The position numbers were made by a program, and so were the translations under genes. Below, one piece after another: positions 22,355 through 33,451 of a DNA stretch of 64,000 nucleotides. Numbering within the stretch: position 1 is the first letter of the stretch; each line of letters starts with the position of its first letter. The stretch spans positions 96,001-160,000 of the forward strand of contig CAXXVO010000018.1 of NCBI GenBank assembly GCA_963422645.2, written 5' to 3'. Source of the stretch: Alphaproteobacteria bacterium (GTDB taxonomy: Bacteria > Pseudomonadota > Alphaproteobacteria > UBA828). The notes beneath the pieces were generated by a model. The model saw nothing but the letters and a program-made list of their open reading frames with translations. It did not search any database and had not been told where the DNA came from.

Positions 22355-23188
22355 TCATCCGGCGCCCGCGGGCACCCGGCTCTCGATGGCGAGCGGCGCC
22401 AGCGCCGTCCGCACCTGCTTGAACGCGACGGCGAGAGTCTCGGCCCAGGCCTCAGCGCCTTCCTGCGTGCCGATCAGGTCCTGACGCAGCTCGATCTCGA
22501 TATGGGGCAGGCCGCGCCCCTGGCCATGCACCGGAATCGAATAATCGGACGGGCCTATGATGGCGTAGGGCTCATTGTCGCCGATGGTGAGCCCCGGGCG
22601 CAGCGCGGCCAGCGCCTCCTTCAGCGGCTGCACCAGCCGGTCGTCGTGCTCGTAGAGCAGCCCCACCTCCCACGGACGGGCGAAGCCGTCGAAGACCGGC
22701 GTGAAGCTGTGGACCGCGACCAGGATCGGCACCGCGCCAAACCCGATCGCCCGGTCGAGGCACGCGGCGATGGCGTCGTGATAGGGGCGGAAGAACGCGT
22801 CGGTCCGCGCCGCGGCCTCCTCCGGCGAGATCGACTGGTTGGCCGGCACGACCGTGCCGTCGCTCACCGCGGGCATCGCCGTGGGGCTCCCCGCCGGGCG
22901 GTTGCAATCGACCACCAGGCGCGAATAGCCGGAGAGGTAGGCCGGCGCGTCGAGCAGGGCGCTGAGCGCTCTCGTGACCATCGCCGCACCGATGTCCCAG
23001 CCGATGTGGCGGTCGAGCTCGGCCTGGTCGAGGCCGAGCCGCTCCATGTGGGCCGGGACCGCGTTGCTTGCGTGGTCGCACACCAGCACGAAGTGCGGAT
23101 GGGCGCTGACCGGTCCGATTCGATTGAAGGGCCTGGGGTCGTCGCCGATGAGCCGCGACGGATCGAACCAGGCGGCGGACGCGCTCAC
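22355..23188 (-). CDS. N-formylglutamate amidohydrolase family protein
   Basis: VCDHASN, RHIGWDIGA, SRLVVDCNR, HSFTP, DNEPY, EIELRQDL. Confidence 0.92.
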   Translation of the reverse strand: MSASAAWFDPSRLIGDDPRPFNRIGPVSAHPHFVLVCDHASNAVPAHMERLGLDQAELDRHIGWDIGAAMVTRALSALLDAPAYLSGYSRLVVDCNRPAGSPTAMPAVSDGTVVPANQSISPEEAAARTDAFFRPYHDAIAACLDRAIGFGAVPILVAVHSFTPVFDGFARPWEVGLLYEHDDRLVQPLKEALAALRPGLTIGDNEPYAIIGPSDYSIPVHGQGRGLPHIEIELRQDLIGTQEGAEAWAETLAVAFKQVRTALAPLAIESRVPAGAG

Positions 23189-24405
23189 CCCTTCTCCACC
23201 GCAGCCAGCGGCTGAACCGACGTCGCCGCGCTGTCACCAGCGCTGTCGCAGGGGAGCAGACGGAGCGCGCCGTGCTTCACGGAGAGCGCGAGCCGACCGT
23301 GCACTAGATCGAGCGCGGCATCGCCGAAGAGCGACCGCCGCCAGCCCTGCAACGCCGGGATGCCATTGGTCTCGCCGCGCGCGATCCGTTCCAGGTCGTC
23401 GGCACTGGCGATCAGCTTTCGGGCGACGCCCGTCTCCTCGCTCTTGAAGGTGAGAAGCACCTTGAGGAGGTCGGTCAAAGCCGCTGGCGCCGCTGGCCCT
23501 TCGGGCCGGGGCGGCAGCTTCGGACAGTCCTCGTCGGGGAGCGCGAGACCGCGCCCGACCGCGGCCAGCACCGCAGCACCCGTGGCGCTCTCGGCGGTTC
23601 GCTGGCTCACCGAGCGCAGCTTGGCGAGCTCCTTCACCGTGCGCGGGCGCTGCGCTGCGATCTCGGTCAGCGCCGTGTCGCGCATGACCCACGGGCGGGG
23701 CTTGTCGCGCCGGTCGGCCTCGGTCTCGCGCCAGGCCGCGACCTCGCGCAGGATCGCGAAGAAGCGCCGGTCGCCGCCGCGCACCTTGATCCGCCGCCAC
23801 GCCTCCTCAGGCGGCGACTCGTAGGTGGCGGGGCTCGTGAGTGTCGCCAACTCCTCGTCGAGCCACGATCGCCGGCCGGTGCGCTCCAGCTTCGCCGCGA
23901 GCTTCTGGTAGACCACGCGCAGGTGGCTCACGTCTGAGAGGGCGTAGCGCAACTGGCGCTCGGTGAGCGGCCGGCGCGCCCAGTCGGTGAAGCGCTGGGT
24001 CTTGTCGATGCGCCCGTGCGCGAGCTTGGCGACCAGCGTCTCGTAGCCGACCGAATCGCCGAAGCCGCACACCATGGCGGCAATCTGGGTATCGAAGAGC
24101 GGATGCGGCACCCCGCCGGCGAGCGGCAGCAGCACCTCGACATCCTGCCTGGCCGCGTGGAAGACCTTGAGCACCGGCGCCCGCGCCAGCAGATCGTAGA
24201 GCGGCGCGAGATCGATTCCGTTGGCGAGCGGGTCGACGGCGACCGGCTCCCCTTCGGACGGGGCAATCTGCAGCAGGCACAACTTGGCGCGATAGGTGCT
24301 CTCGCGCATGAACTCCGTATCGACCGTGACGAACTCGGCCTCCTGCCACGACGCACAGAGCGCGGCGAGCGGAGCGCTCTCGGTAATCAGCCGGGGCTCG
24401 GTCAC
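23185..24405 (-). CDS. rnd: Ribonuclease D
   Basis: VDTEFMRESTY, KVFHAARQD, FDTQIAA, TDWARRPL, YALSDV, HRDC region. Confidence 0.95.
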   Translation of the reverse strand: MTEPRLITESAPLAALCASWQEAEFVTVDTEFMRESTYRAKLCLLQIAPSEGEPVAVDPLANGIDLAPLYDLLARAPVLKVFHAARQDVEVLLPLAGGVPHPLFDTQIAAMVCGFGDSVGYETLVAKLAHGRIDKTQRFTDWARRPLTERQLRYALSDVSHLRVVYQKLAAKLERTGRRSWLDEELATLTSPATYESPPEEAWRRIKVRGGDRRFFAILREVAAWRETEADRRDKPRPWVMRDTALTEIAAQRPRTVKELAKLRSVSQRTAESATGAAVLAAVGRGLALPDEDCPKLPPRPEGPAAPAALTDLLKVLLTFKSEETGVARKLIASADDLERIARGETNGIPALQGWRRSLFGDAALDLVHGRLALSVKHGALRLLPCDSAGDSAATSVQPLAAVEKG

Positions 24406-24477
24406 GGGCCCTCGCCGCTCGCGAAGGCCGGGGCGCGCAGGGCAAACGCCAGGTCGTTGGGACTCACGGGCGCGGCG

Positions 24478-25650
24478 TCAGGCGGCGGCCATTGCGGCCA
24501 GGTCGGCGCGGTCGTTGCGGCCCGCAGGCACGGCGCTCCGCCCGGTGCCGGTGATCCAGCCGCCGCCGAGCACGCGGTCGCCGTCATAGAGCACGCAGGC
24601 CTGCCCCGGCGCGGTCGCGGGCTCCGGCTCGTCCAGCGTGACCTCGGCGGTGCCATCGGCCTTCGCCACCAGCCGCGCCGGCGCGCCGGGATGGCTGGAG
24701 CGGAGCCGCGCCACCACCGCCCAATCATCGCCGGACGCGGGCGCATCGCCGCCGATCCAGGCAAGCGGGCCGGTGAAGACGCGGTCACGCAACAATGCCG
24801 CCTGCGGGCCGACCACGACCTCGCGGCGCGCGGCATCGACCGCGAGCACGTAGAGCGGCTCGGGTCCTGCGATACCGAGCCCGCGGCGCTGGCCCACGGT
24901 GTAGTGAATGATGCCCTTGTGGCGGCCGAGCACGCGGCCGTCCTGATCCACGATATTGCCTGGTTCCGCAGCGCCGGGGCGGAGCCGCTCGATGACGCCG
25001 GCATAGCGGCCCGAGGGCACGAAGCAAATGTCCTGGCTGTCCGGCTTGTCCGCGACGGCGAGGCCGAAGCGCTCCGCGTGCGCGCGCACACGCTCCTTCG
25101 GGAGGTCGCCCAGGGGGAAGCGCAGGAACTCAAGCTGCTCCTGCGCGGTGGCGAAGAGGAAGTAGCTCTGATCCCTGGCACCATCGACCGCCCGGTGGAG
25201 CTCGGGTCCCTCCGGTCCCGCCACACGCCGCACATAGTGGCCGGTGGCGAGCGCATCCGCGCCGAGGTCGCGGGCGAGCGCCAGCAGGTCGCGGAACTTC
25301 ACCCGCTCGTTGCAGCGCACGCAGGGGATCGGCGTCTCGCCGCGCAGGTAGGAGTCGGCGAAGTCGTCGATCACCGCTTCCTTGAAGCGCGCCTCGAAGT
25401 CGAGCACGTAGTGGCGGATACCGAGCCGGTCCGCGACGCGGCGGGCATCGTAGATGTCCTCCCCGGCGCAGCAGGCGCCGGAGCGCGCCCGCGGCCCGCC
25501 CGCCGCATAGAGCTGGAGCGTGATGCCGACCACCTCGTAGCCCGCTTCCGCCAAGAGCGCTGCGGTGACCGACGAATCGACGCCACCGGACATGGCGACC
25601 ACCACGCGCGCGCCACGGCTGAGGCCGAGATCGAGGGTGTCTGCGGGCAT
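24478..25650 (-). CDS. mnmA: tRNA 2-thiouridylase MnmA
   Basis: [55 protein letters not shown]. Confidence 0.96.
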   Translation of the reverse strand: MPADTLDLGLSRGARVVVAMSGGVDSSVTAALLAEAGYEVVGITLQLYAAGGPRARSGACCAGEDIYDARRVADRLGIRHYVLDFEARFKEAVIDDFADSYLRGETPIPCVRCNERVKFRDLLALARDLGADALATGHYVRRVAGPEGPELHRAVDGARDQSYFLFATAQEQLEFLRFPLGDLPKERVRAHAERFGLAVADKPDSQDICFVPSGRYAGVIERLRPGAAEPGNIVDQDGRVLGRHKGIIHYTVGQRRGLGIAGPEPLYVLAVDAARREVVVGPQAALLRDRVFTGPLAWIGGDAPASGDDWAVVARLRSSHPGAPARLVAKADGTAEVTLDEPEPATAPGQACVLYDGDRVLGGGWITGTGRSAVPAGRNDRADLAAMAAA

Positions 25651-26061
25651 GGCGCGCACTATAGGCGCGCGCGGGAGCGGCGCAACCACGTGTCCCGCGG
25701 CTCGCGCGGGACGGATGGTAACAAAATTTTGGCGGGATTCGCCGGGATTCGGCGGGACGACTGGGTCAAGAGGGAAGCCTAGGGCCGGACAAGGGCGGCG
25801 AGGCCGCACGCTCATCGCCGGCCCCTTCCCTCGATCGCCGCGAGCATGGCAGCAGCCGCTTCCGCCGCGTCGCTCGCCTCGCGAATCGTGGTGAGCCGCA
25901 GGGCCGAGGAGCGCCCCCTCGCGCCGACCGCCGCGCCCTGTGTGCCCCCCATCGTCGCGACGCTATCCTGACACCGGTGCCGCGCGCCGTGCCCCGCACC
26001 ATGGTTCGGGGTCGCGCGGGCCTGAAGGGTCCCGCGCGCGGGAAACTGACTCGCGCGTCCG

Positions 26062-26745
26062 TCAGGCTCCGGCGGCGTCGAGGCCCGCCTGCCAGAACGC
26101 GGCCTCCAGCCGGGTCGCGGTGCGGAAGGTGGCGGCAAGCCCCGCGAAGCGCGCGCAGCCGCCGCGGCGCGCGCCGAGCGCGTTCAGCGCCTCGACCTCT
26201 GTCCGCATGAACGCCTGATACTCGTCGCCGGCGTACATCTCGATCCAGGAGGCGTAGGGGTTGCCCTCGGTGCGGGTGGCGGGGTCGACCGCGAGCCGGG
26301 CGCCGATCTCACCGTAGCCGATGACGCAGGGCGCGAGCGCCACCCGCAAATCGAGCAGATCGCCCGCGAGCCCGCGTTCCAGCACATAAGCTGTGTAGGC
26401 GAGCGTCGCGCCATCGGCCTCGACCGCTTCGAGCGCGTCCTCCGCGATCCCCCAGTCCGCGCAGTAGGCTCGGTGCAGGTCCATCTCGACCTCGACCAGG
26501 GCCTTGAGGCCGGCAGACGCCTCGCGGATCTCGGCCAGCGTATCCGCCTTGTAGGCGGCGAGCCCGTAGGCGCGGGCGAACTGGATCAGGAAGAGGTAGT
26601 CCTGGATCAGGTAGTGGCGGAACGCGGCCTCCGGCAGGGTGCCGTCACCGAGACCCTGCACGAAGGGATGCTCGACGTACTCCCGCCAGTCGTCCCCGGC
26701 GGCATCGCGCAGCGCCGTGAAAAAACCCGTCTCAGCCTGCGTCAT
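26062..26745 (-). CDS. tenA: Thiaminase II / TenA family protein
   Basis: HPFV, FRHYLIQDYLFL, LAPCVIGYGEIG (catalytic Cys), NPYASWIEMY, LEAAFW. Confidence 0.92.
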   Translation of the reverse strand: MTQAETGFFTALRDAAGDDWREYVEHPFVQGLGDGTLPEAAFRHYLIQDYLFLIQFARAYGLAAYKADTLAEIREASAGLKALVEVEMDLHRAYCADWGIAEDALEAVEADGATLAYTAYVLERGLAGDLLDLRVALAPCVIGYGEIGARLAVDPATRTEGNPYASWIEMYAGDEYQAFMRTEVEALNALGARRGGCARFAGLAATFRTATRLEAAFWQAGLDAAGA

Positions 26746-26800
26746 CGCCGCGCTTTTCGTCTGGCCTGCGTGGGATGAGGCGCCGGGCACCCCTGCCCCA

Positions 26801-27127
26801 TCACATCAGGCTGCTGGTTTCGGCCGGGAGCGTCACCACCAGCCCGTCGAGCGCCTCCGTGATGACGATCTGGCAGCCCAGGCGCGAGCTGCACGTGAGG
26901 CCGAGCGCGAGGTCGAGCATGTCCTCTTCGTCCTCGCACTTCTCCTCGAGCTTGCCGTACCAGGCGGGGTCAACGATGACGTGGCAGGTCGAGCAGGCCA
27001 TCGCGCCCTCGCACGCGCCCTCGATGTCGATCCCGTGGCGGAACGCGATATCCAGCACGGAGTCGCCGATGGGCGCCTCGACCTCGTGGCGGGCGCCATC
27101 GGGGTCGATGAAAGTCATGGTGGGCAC
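26801..27127 (-). CDS. fdx: 2Fe-2S ferredoxin, adrenodoxin type
   Basis: GACEGAMACSTCHV, EEDMLDLA, SRLGCQI. Confidence 0.95.
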   Translation of the reverse strand: MPTMTFIDPDGARHEVEAPIGDSVLDIAFRHGIDIEGACEGAMACSTCHVIVDPAWYGKLEEKCEDEEDMLDLALGLTCSSRLGCQIVITEALDGLVVTLPAETSSLM

Positions 27128-27141
27128 GGGCGCTTTGCTGC

Positions 27142-28296
27142 CTATCCGGCGGCGGCCGAGACGCCGGCCTTCCAGCGGTTGGTGAGGCCCGCATAGAGCG
27201 CCCGCCAGGTGCCCAGGAAGCGCTCGATCTCGTCCTCGGTCGTCGCCCAGCCCAGGCTGACCCGGATGGCGCAGCCACCGATGGCATCGGGCACACCAAG
27301 CGCGCGCAGCACGTGGCTCGGCTCGACCTTGCCGGAGGAGCAGGCGGAGCCCGCGCTCACCGCGACGCCCGCCAGATCGAGGCCCATGACTTGGGTTTCG
27401 CTCTGCACGCCCGGCATGGTGAGGCAGCTGGTGTTGGGCAGGCGATTGGCCCCTTCGCTGAAGATGACGACATCGGGCTCGGTCTCGCGCAGCCGCGCCT
27501 CCAGCCGGTCGCGCAGGGCCGCGATCTCACCCGCCCGCGCGAGGTCGTCCCGGGCGAGGGCGGCTGCCGCGCCGAAACCGACGATGCCGGCGGCATTCTC
27601 GGTGCCGCCGCGCAAGCCACGCTCCTGCCCGCCGCCGGTGATGAGGGGCGCGATATCCAGCCCTCGGCGCACGACGAGCGCGCCGATGCCCTTCGGCCCG
27701 GCGAACTTGTGCGCCGCGATGCTCATCATGTCGACACCGAGCCCGGCGAAGGAGACCGGAATCCGGCCCGGCGCCTGCACCGCATCGCAATGGACCAGCG
27801 CGCCCGCAGCCTTCGCCCGCGCTGCGATCTCGGCGACCGGCTGGATCACGCCGGTTTCGTTGTTGGCGAGCATCACCGAGACCAGCGCCTCCGGCCCGTG
27901 GCCCCCAAGCGCCTCGTCGAGCGCGCCCAAGTCGAGCACGCCGTCGCCATCCACCGGCAGGACGACCAGGTCGTCCGCCACGGCTTCGGCCGTGCGCAGG
28001 ATCGCCGGATGTTCGATGGCGCTGACGATGAGCGCCCGCCGGCCGGCGCCGCGCAGCGCCGTGTTGTTGGCCTCAGTGCCGCCTGCGGTAAAGACCAGCG
28101 CCGCCGGGCTACAGTCGACCAGGGCCGCGATCTGCTCGCGCGCGTCCTCGATGCGCTTGCGCACGTCGCGGCCAAAGCCGTGGACCGACGACGGATTGCC
28201 GGCCAGCATCATCGCCTCGGCCACCGCCTCCACCACATGGGGCTTGATCGGCGCCGTGGCGTTGTAGTCGAGATAGATCGGGCCCGAATCGCTCAT
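27142..28296 (-). CDS. iscS: Cysteine desulfurase (IscS/NifS)
   Basis: YLDYNATAP, GNPSSVH, NNETG, DAVQ, AHKFAGPKG, SAGSACSSG. Confidence 0.93.
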   Translation of the reverse strand: MSDSGPIYLDYNATAPIKPHVVEAVAEAMMLAGNPSSVHGFGRDVRKRIEDAREQIAALVDCSPAALVFTAGGTEANNTALRGAGRRALIVSAIEHPAILRTAEAVADDLVVLPVDGDGVLDLGALDEALGGHGPEALVSVMLANNETGVIQPVAEIAARAKAAGALVHCDAVQAPGRIPVSFAGLGVDMMSIAAHKFAGPKGIGALVVRRGLDIAPLITGGGQERGLRGGTENAAGIVGFGAAAALARDDLARAGEIAALRDRLEARLRETEPDVVIFSEGANRLPNTSCLTMPGVQSETQVMGLDLAGVAVSAGSACSSGKVEPSHVLRALGVPDAIGGCAIRVSLGWATTEDEIERFLGTWRALYAGLTNRWKAGVSAAAG

Positions 28297-28778
28297 TCCG
28301 CCGCCTGCTCCATCAGGCCGCGTCCGCCGCCCGAGAGCCGGTCGCTCATGCCGAGCACCCGGCGCGCGCAGACGTCTTCTAGCGAGACCGCGCTGAGAAA
28401 GCCGTGGATGTGAATGCCGAGCTCCTCCCACAGATCGTGGGTGACGCAGCGCTTCGCGTCCTTCATGCAGCCCTTGCCAGTGCCCGGCGGACAACGCGTG
28501 GCACGCAGGTTCTCGTCCACCGCGACCACGATGTCGGCGATCATGAGCTCCGCCGCAGGCCGCGCCAGCCGGTAGCCGCCGCCGGGTCCGCGCGCGCTCC
28601 GCACCAGGCCGGCGCGGCGCAGGCGGCCGAAGAGCTGCTCAAGATAAGAGTGTGAAATCTCCTGCCCTGCCGCGATCTCGGCGAGGGTCACGGGCTGCGC
28701 GTCGCCTGCGCCGCCCGTGCGCATGGCGAGCTCCGTCATCGCCATCACCGCGTAACGGCCCCTGGTGCCGAGCTTCAC
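28293..28778 (-). CDS. iscR: Rrf2-family regulator IscR
   Basis: MKLGTRGRYAV, SYLEQLF..LR, RGPGGGY; three Cys plus His (TRC..GC..RCVTHDLW). Confidence 0.9.
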   Translation of the reverse strand: MKLGTRGRYAVMAMTELAMRTGGAGDAQPVTLAEIAAGQEISHSYLEQLFGRLRRAGLVRSARGPGGGYRLARPAAELMIADIVVAVDENLRATRCPPGTGKGCMKDAKRCVTHDLWEELGIHIHGFLSAVSLEDVCARRVLGMSDRLSGGGRGLMEQAAE

Positions 28779-28787
28779 GGGCCGCTC

Positions 28788-29531
28788 CTAGCCGCCCGCA
28801 GCACGGCGGCCGAGCGGTGGCGCAGCCTCCTCCGCTTCGCCCTCGGACGACGGTGCGTCCTTGGGCTCCGCGGCTGCGGCCTGCTCCAGCTCCTCCACGC
28901 GGTCTCTGAGCACGCGGACCTCGGCCAGCAGCTTCTCGACGGCGCGTGTCGTCGGGTCGGCGATATCGGGCGAGGGTGTGCCGTAGGCGTCGAATGACGA
29001 CGCCTCCCTCTTCGCCTCGGTGGGGCCCGCGGCCCGCGCCGGAATGCCCACCATCGTGGCGCCGGGCGGCACGTCCTTGAGCACCACGGCGTTGGCGCCG
29101 ATGCGCGCATCGCGCCCGACCGTGATCGGGCCCAGCACCTGGGCGCCCGCGCCGACCACCACGCCATCGCCCACCGTGGGATGCCGCTTGCCCGGCGACC
29201 AGGTGACGCCGCCGAGGGTGACCTGATGATAGAGCGTCACATCGTCGCCGATCACCGAGGTCTCGCCGATGACCACGCCCATGCCGTGGTCGATGAAGAG
29301 GCGGCGGCCGATCTGGGCGCCGGGATGAATTTCGATGCCCGTGACCATGCGGCCCACGTGGGACACGAAGCGGCCGAGCAGGCGGAAGCCGCTCTGCCAG
29401 AGGCAGTGCGACAGGTGATAGAAGAGCAGCGCGTGGAACCCCGGATAGCAGAAAAACACCTCGATTCTGGAGCGGACCGCAGGGTCGCGACCGAACACGC
29501 AGCCGATGTCTTCCCAAATTCGCTTGAACAT
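28788..29531 (-). CDS. cysE: Serine O-acetyltransferase
   Basis: [37 protein letters not shown]. Confidence 0.95.
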   Translation of the reverse strand: MFKRIWEDIGCVFGRDPAVRSRIEVFFCYPGFHALLFYHLSHCLWQSGFRLLGRFVSHVGRMVTGIEIHPGAQIGRRLFIDHGMGVVIGETSVIGDDVTLYHQVTLGGVTWSPGKRHPTVGDGVVVGAGAQVLGPITVGRDARIGANAVVLKDVPPGATMVGIPARAAGPTEAKREASSFDAYGTPSPDIADPTTRAVEKLLAEVRVLRDRVEELEQAAAAEPKDAPSSEGEAEEAAPPLGRRAAGG

Positions 29532-29734
29532 GGCGCTGTCGTCCGTATATCAATGGCCGGCGCGGAGTGCCGCCGCCGGCCGAATACCCGTGTGATGGAC
29601 GGGATATAGAGTTCCCGACTACAGCGGTCAAGTATATGCGCCGCGTTGCGTGGGGAGAGAAAGGCCGCCATGCGTCGCCGGCACCGGTCGCGCCCTGTTC
29701 CTGCTCAGCAGCATTCGGAGCCGATGAGTCGCCC

Positions 29735-30373
29735 ATGCCGGAAGTGATGATCAACGGGCCCGAGGGCCGTCTCCAGGCGCGCTACCAGCAGTCCGAGGAC
29801 CCGCGCGCGCCCATCGCGCTGTTGCTGCACCCGCACCCGCAGCACGGCGGCACGATGAACAACAAGATCGTCCACGCGCTCTACCACACCTTCCTCCGGC
29901 AGTCGTTCTCGGTCATCCGCTTCAACTTTCGCGGCGTCGGCCGCTCCCAGGGGCAGTACGATCACGGGCAGGGCGAGCTGAGCGACGCCGCTTCGGTGCT
30001 CGACTGGCTGCAGATACAGAATGCTGGTGCCGACCGCTGCTGGATCGCCGGCTTCTCCTTCGGCGCCTGGATCGCCATGCAGCTGCTGATGCGCCGGCCG
30101 GAGATCGAAGGCTTCGTCGCCGTCTCACCGCCGGCCAACAAGTTCGACTTCACCTTCCTCGCGCCCTGCCCGTCGTCGGGCCTGATCGTCCACGGCGGCG
30201 CCGACGATCTGGTGCCCGAGCCCGAGGTGGCGGAGCTCGCGAAGAAGCTGCAGAGCCAGCGCCAGATCGAGATCGACTACGACGTGATCGAGCGCGCCGG
30301 CCACTTCTACGAGCGCGAGCTCGGCACCCTGTCGAAGATCGTCGAAAGCTACGTCGCCCGCCGCCTCGACTGA
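29735..30373 (+). CDS. Alpha/beta hydrolase
   Basis: MPEVMINGPEGRL, HPHPQHGGTMNN, RFNFRGVG, GFSFGA, DFTFLAPCP. Confidence 0.92.
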   Translation: MPEVMINGPEGRLQARYQQSEDPRAPIALLLHPHPQHGGTMNNKIVHALYHTFLRQSFSVIRFNFRGVGRSQGQYDHGQGELSDAASVLDWLQIQNAGADRCWIAGFSFGAWIAMQLLMRRPEIEGFVAVSPPANKFDFTFLAPCPSSGLIVHGGADDLVPEPEVAELAKKLQSQRQIEIDYDVIERAGHFYERELGTLSKIVESYVARRLD

Positions 30374-31467
30374 CGCGGGTGAAAGGCTCCGCCGCTCACC
30401 GGGTGGGGGACGCCCGTTGTGCGCGGCAGGCTGAGCGCGAGCCCCCGCCGGCTGCGCACGGCGAGGTAGCCGAAGGCCTGCGCCTCCAGCGCATCGCCCA
30501 GCCAGCCGACGCGCTCCACCGCATCGCAGGGCACACCGAGGCGCTCGCCAAGCGCCGCCATGAGCGCCGGGTTGTGACGCCCGCCGCCGGTCACCAGCCA
30601 GCGCAGAGGCACCGCAGGCATGTGCGCGAGCGCGCGGCGCACGGCCTCCGCCGTGAAGGCCACCAGGGTCGCGGCGCCATCGCCCGCCGATAGTCCGCTG
30701 ATGGGCGCTGGGTCGAAGGCGTTGCGATCCAGCGACTTGGGCGCTTCTGCGTCGAAATAGGGGTGCGCCAGCAGGGCCTTGAGCGCGACGGGGTCGACCG
30801 TGCCGGAGCGCGCGAGCTTGCCGTCGCGGTCGAGCGCGGCCCCGCTCCTGCTCAGCACCCAGTCGTCGATCAGCGCACAGCCCGGGCCCGTGTCGAAGGC
30901 CAGCAGGTCCTCATCGGCCGGCCCCCCGATCCAGGTGACGTTGGCGACACCGCCGAGATTGAGCACGGCGAGCGGCGCGGCGAGCCCGCTGCGGCGGGCC
31001 AGCGCCGCATCAAAGAGCGGCACCAGCGGCGCCCCCTGCCCGCCCGCAGCCACATCGTTGCTGCGAAAATCGTTCACCACGTCGATCCCGAGCCGGCGAA
31101 CCAGCGCCGCGCCGTCCCCGATCTGGAGGGTTAGCCCGGCTTCGGGCTCGTGACGGATCGTGTGGCCGTGGAAGCCCGCGACGGCGATCTTCTCCCTTCG
31201 CACGCCGGTCTCTGCCAACAGCGCCTCCGCAACGTCCGCGTGGAACTCGGTCAGCGCGCGCTCCGCCTCCTCGCGCCCGCCCCGCCCCTCGATCACCGCC
31301 CGGAGCCGCTTGCGCAGATCGTCTGAATAAAGGGCGGTGCGCCACGGGCCGAAGCCCGAGACGGTGACGCCATCGGTCTCGATCAGCGCCGCGTCGACTC
31401 CGTCGAGCGACGTGCCGCTCATCAGGCCGAGGGCCCAGACTGGCCCCTCCGGCAGCGCGCCGCTCAT
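30349..31467 (-). CDS. anmK: Anhydro-N-acetylmuramic acid kinase
   Basis: GLMSGTSLDGVD, GFHGHT, DFR..D.AAGGQGAPL, NLGGVAN, FDTGPG, EAQAFGYL. Confidence 0.95.
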   Translation of the reverse strand: MSGALPEGPVWALGLMSGTSLDGVDAALIETDGVTVSGFGPWRTALYSDDLRKRLRAVIEGRGGREEAERALTEFHADVAEALLAETGVRREKIAVAGFHGHTIRHEPEAGLTLQIGDGAALVRRLGIDVVNDFRSNDVAAGGQGAPLVPLFDAALARRSGLAAPLAVLNLGGVANVTWIGGPADEDLLAFDTGPGCALIDDWVLSRSGAALDRDGKLARSGTVDPVALKALLAHPYFDAEAPKSLDRNAFDPAPISGLSAGDGAATLVAFTAEAVRRALAHMPAVPLRWLVTGGGRHNPALMAALGERLGVPCDAVERVGWLGDALEAQAFGYLAVRSRRGLALSLPRTTGVPHPVSGGAFHPRQSRRRAT

Positions 31468-31583
31468 CGGCGCCACATGGAGGGACGGGCGTCGCGTTGT
31501 CCGCGCGCAGGCCCTGTGATACATGACCGCGCGCCCCGGCGCCCTGCGCGGGCCGCCGGGCGGAAGGGCAGCCAGCAGGTCGA

Positions 31584-32837
31584 GTGACGGTGTTCTCCTC
31601 CGATTTCATGCGCGTGCTGTCTGAGCGCGGCTACATCCACCAGTGCACCGACGACACGGCGCTCGATGCACTCGCCGCGCAGGAGCGCGTGAGCGCCTAC
31701 ATCGGCTTCGACTGCACCGCCGACAGCCTGCATGTCGGCAGCCTCGTGCAGATCATGATGCTGCGCTGGCTGCAGAAGACAGGTCACCAGCCCATCGTGC
31801 TCCTCGGCGGCGGCACGACGAAGATCGGCGACCCGAGCGGGCGCGACGAATCGCGGACATTGCTCACCGAAGACGCCATCGCCGCCAACAAGAAGGGCAT
31901 CCGGCGCTCGTTCGATCGCTTCCTCTCCTTCGGCGACGGGGCCACCGACGCGCTGCTCGTCGACAATGCCGACTGGCTCGACGCGCTCGGCTACATCCCG
32001 CTGCTCAGGGACATCGGCGCCCACTTCTCGATCAACCGGATGCTCACCTTCGACAGCGTGCGGCTCCGCCTCGACCGTGAGCAGCCGCTGAGCTTCCTGG
32101 AATTCAACTACATGATCCTCCAGGCCTACGACTTCCTGGAGCTTTCGCGCCGCGCCGACTGCCGCCTTCAGATGGGCGGCTCGGACCAGTGGGGCAATAT
32201 CGTGAACGGCGTGGAGCTCGCGCGGCGCATCGACGCGCGCCAAGTTTTCGGGCTGACCACGCCGCTCATCACCCTCGCCTCCGGCGCGAAGATGGGCAAG
32301 ACCGCCCAGGGCGCGGTCTGGCTCAACGCCGACCGGCTCTCCGCCTATGACTACTGGCAATACTGGCGCAACACCGACGATGCCGATGTCGGCCGCTTCA
32401 TGCGGCTCTTCACCGAGCTTCCGCTGGACGAGATCGCACGTCACGAGGCGCTCGACGGCGCCGAGTTGAACGAGTCGAAGAAACTGCTGGCGAACCAGGC
32501 GACGGCCCTCTGCCACGGCGCGCAAGCCGCGGCCAACGCCGCCGAGACGGCGCGGCGAACCTTCGAGGAAGGCGCCGCCGGTGCGGACCTTCCGGTCATC
32601 GACGCCGCGCGGAGCGAGCTCGAGGCCGGAATTCCCGCGATCGTGCTCTTTCAGAAGGCGGGGCTCTGCGAGTCGGGCGGCGCGGCGCGGCGGCTTATCC
32701 GCGGCGGCGGCGGCCGCATAAACGGCAGGGTGATCGAGTCGGAAACGCGCGTCGTCGGTCCCGACGACATCGGCGCCGACGGCCGGATCAAGCTCTCCGC
32801 AGGCAAGAAACGCCACGCCCTGATCCGCCCGGCCTAG
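31584..32837 (+). CDS. tyrS: Tyrosine--tRNA ligase
   Basis: [36 protein letters not shown]-terminal S4 domain. Confidence 0.97.
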   Translation: MTVFSSDFMRVLSERGYIHQCTDDTALDALAAQERVSAYIGFDCTADSLHVGSLVQIMMLRWLQKTGHQPIVLLGGGTTKIGDPSGRDESRTLLTEDAIAANKKGIRRSFDRFLSFGDGATDALLVDNADWLDALGYIPLLRDIGAHFSINRMLTFDSVRLRLDREQPLSFLEFNYMILQAYDFLELSRRADCRLQMGGSDQWGNIVNGVELARRIDARQVFGLTTPLITLASGAKMGKTAQGAVWLNADRLSAYDYWQYWRNTDDADVGRFMRLFTELPLDEIARHEALDGAELNESKKLLANQATALCHGAQAAANAAETARRTFEEGAAGADLPVIDAARSELEAGIPAIVLFQKAGLCESGGAARRLIRGGGGRINGRVIESETRVVGPDDIGADGRIKLSAGKKRHALIRPA

Positions 32838-32883
32838 TTCCGGCACGCCAGACGCCGGCAGGCCCCTCTCAGTGTCCCGGCTC

Positions 32884-33264
32884 TCAGCCCTTGGGCCCCT
32901 CGTCGGGCTGCCAGGGCTCGTAGTCGCCGGTCGCGCGGTCGCGCTGGCCGCGGCCCAGGATGTGACCCGGCGGCCGGTAGGCGGCGGCGGTGCCGGTGAG
33001 ATTGGGCAGGTGCGGCTTCTCCCAGGGCTGCGCCCTGAGCGGCGCCTCCGTCGGTGCCTCGTCGGTGCTGTGGTGCAGCCAGCGGTGCCACTCCGGCGGC
33101 ACGCGGGACGCTTCCACCTCGCCTTCGTAGACGACCCAGCGCCGCTCGCGCTGGCCAGGCCCCGACCGCCCCCAGCGCTCGCGATAGTAGCGGTTGCCGG
33201 CTTCGTCCTCGCCCACCAGCGTGCCGCAGAGCAGGGTGTAGAGCCGCGTGCCAATCGTCGCCAT
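32884..33264 (-). CDS. NADH:ubiquinone oxidoreductase subunit NDUFA12 family
   Basis: VGEDEAGNRYY, RRWVVY, EASRVPPEWHRWLH, WEKPHLPNLTGT, DYEPWQP. Confidence 0.93.
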   Translation of the reverse strand: MATIGTRLYTLLCGTLVGEDEAGNRYYRERWGRSGPGQRERRWVVYEGEVEASRVPPEWHRWLHHSTDEAPTEAPLRAQPWEKPHLPNLTGTAAAYRPPGHILGRGQRDRATGDYEPWQPDEGPKG

Positions 33265-33451
33265 CGTTCCCGCCGGTGCCCCCGCACCCCTTTCAGCCCG
33301 ATGCCGCTTATGCCACGCCCGCCCGCCACCCGTCCAGAGAGCGCGTCCACTGCCCACCTTTACAAATCTTTACCTCCCCGAAATCGGCGCGAAACCGGGG
33401 CTTCCCATAATCTCCACTGTCGAACCCATAAACCTGTCGAGAGGGAAAGCC

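Noticed and set aside
26746-26800. TPP riboswitch upstream of tenA
   Set aside because: Only about 55 bp separate fdx and tenA, and no TPP aptamer motif is visible.
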